DNA of 64,000 nucleotides from Bacilli bacterium (GTDB lineage Bacteria; Bacillota_I; Bacilli_A; RF39; UBA660): NCBI GenBank assembly GCA_051872655.1, contig JBJEEB010000021.1, positions 2,535 to 66,534 of the forward strand, read 5' to 3'. Shown piece by piece: positions 63,732 to 64,000 of this stretch (position 1 is its first letter; each line of letters starts with the position of its first letter). The notes under the pieces were generated by a model. It saw only the letters and a program-made list of their open reading frames with translations, ran no database searches and was not told where the DNA came from. The position numbers and the translations under genes were made by a program.

Positions 63732-64000
63732 TACTTCTTTGCCTTCTTTCTTTCAACAATTAGATTTTGAACTACTGTGAATAATGATGATGCTATCCAA
63801 TATAATCCAAGGGCAACTGGTAAACTAAATGAAGCAATTACTATCATAGCAAGCATAATATATATTGTACTCTTCATTTGTTTTGCCATTCCAGTTTGAT
63901 CTTTTAATGTTTTTCTAAATGATAAGTATGATGTTCCAAGAATTATGACAAATAGTAAAACATATAGATACCAACTATTTGATGTTATTCCATGTGATAT
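63731..64000 (-). CDS. yidC: Membrane protein insertase YidC/SpoIIIJ (C-terminal ~89 aa; 5' end beyond window)
   Basis: Minus-strand translation reads ...SWYLYVLLFVIILGTSYLSFRKTLKDQTGMAKQMKSTIYIMLAMIVIASFSLPVALGLYWIASSLFTVVQNLIVERKKAKK*. The LYW...Q motif and basic tail are typical, and the position upstream of jag is canonical. Confidence 0.75.
   Translation of the reverse strand: MSHGITSNSWYLYVLLFVIILGTSYLSFRKTLKDQTGMAKQMKSTIYIMLAMIVIASFSLPVALGLYWIASSLFTVVQNLIVERKKAKK

Noticed and set aside
1-64000. An alternative genetic code (TGA = Trp, as in Mollicutes), considered because of the extreme AT content and Erysipelotrichia-like gene order.
   Set aside because: TGA terminates well-defined genes at the expected length, for example the Abi-like gene, which ends ..IIGR-TGA directly before the htrA ATG. 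Long conserved genes (uvrA, pcrA, mnmG) are intact under the standard code and have no in-frame TGA.

Overview
This is a very AT-rich chromosomal segment (roughly a quarter to 30% G+C by eye, not computed) from an endospore-forming low-GC Gram-positive bacterium (Bacillota). It uses the standard genetic code: TGA serves as a stop codon, for example at the end of the Abi-like gene. The high-coordinate end carries the origin-proximal cluster yidC-jag-mnmE-mnmG-rsmG. Nearly all of the ~70 genes lie on the minus strand, which fits co-orientation with replication. Only the herA-like gene, sigK plus a small ORF, a PLC-like gene, clpP and agrBD are on the plus strand.

Housekeeping content:
- metK behind a SAM-I riboswitch
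- uvrA, with no uvrB beside it
- mrnC-rlmB followed by a sigH-like sigma factor
- yqeG-yqeH
- rlmN-prpC-prkC-rsgA-rpe
- pcrA
- tsaE-tsaB-rimI-tsaD
- htrA, clpP, ltaS, rpmE, murA, mntP

Sporulation content: pro-sigma-K (uninterrupted), spoIIR, cwlD, and an orphan histidine kinase whose promoter carries two perfect tandem Spo0A boxes.

Accessory or unusual content, in order of interest:
1. A two-gene cassette (ParB/Srx-like protein plus a mini-GNAT) is inserted between jag and mnmE. It is bracketed by ~70-bp direct repeats that duplicate the jag 3' end and terminator.
2. A family of tandem intergenic hairpins has covarying stems and a conserved AGAC..AGGCT apex, at 7 loci.
3. A hybrid sensor kinase has both phospho-sites substituted (H->N and D->E).
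4. A monocistronic HerA/DUF87 ATPase has no partner gene.
5. A complete agr-type quorum-sensing locus includes an unannotated AgrD precursor.
6. A stand-alone holin-amidase pair is present.
7. An Abi_2-like gene is apparently co-transcribed with htrA.

I recognised no rRNA, tRNA, CRISPR array, transposase or integrase. All functional calls rest on motifs read by eye and on synteny. No database search was run.
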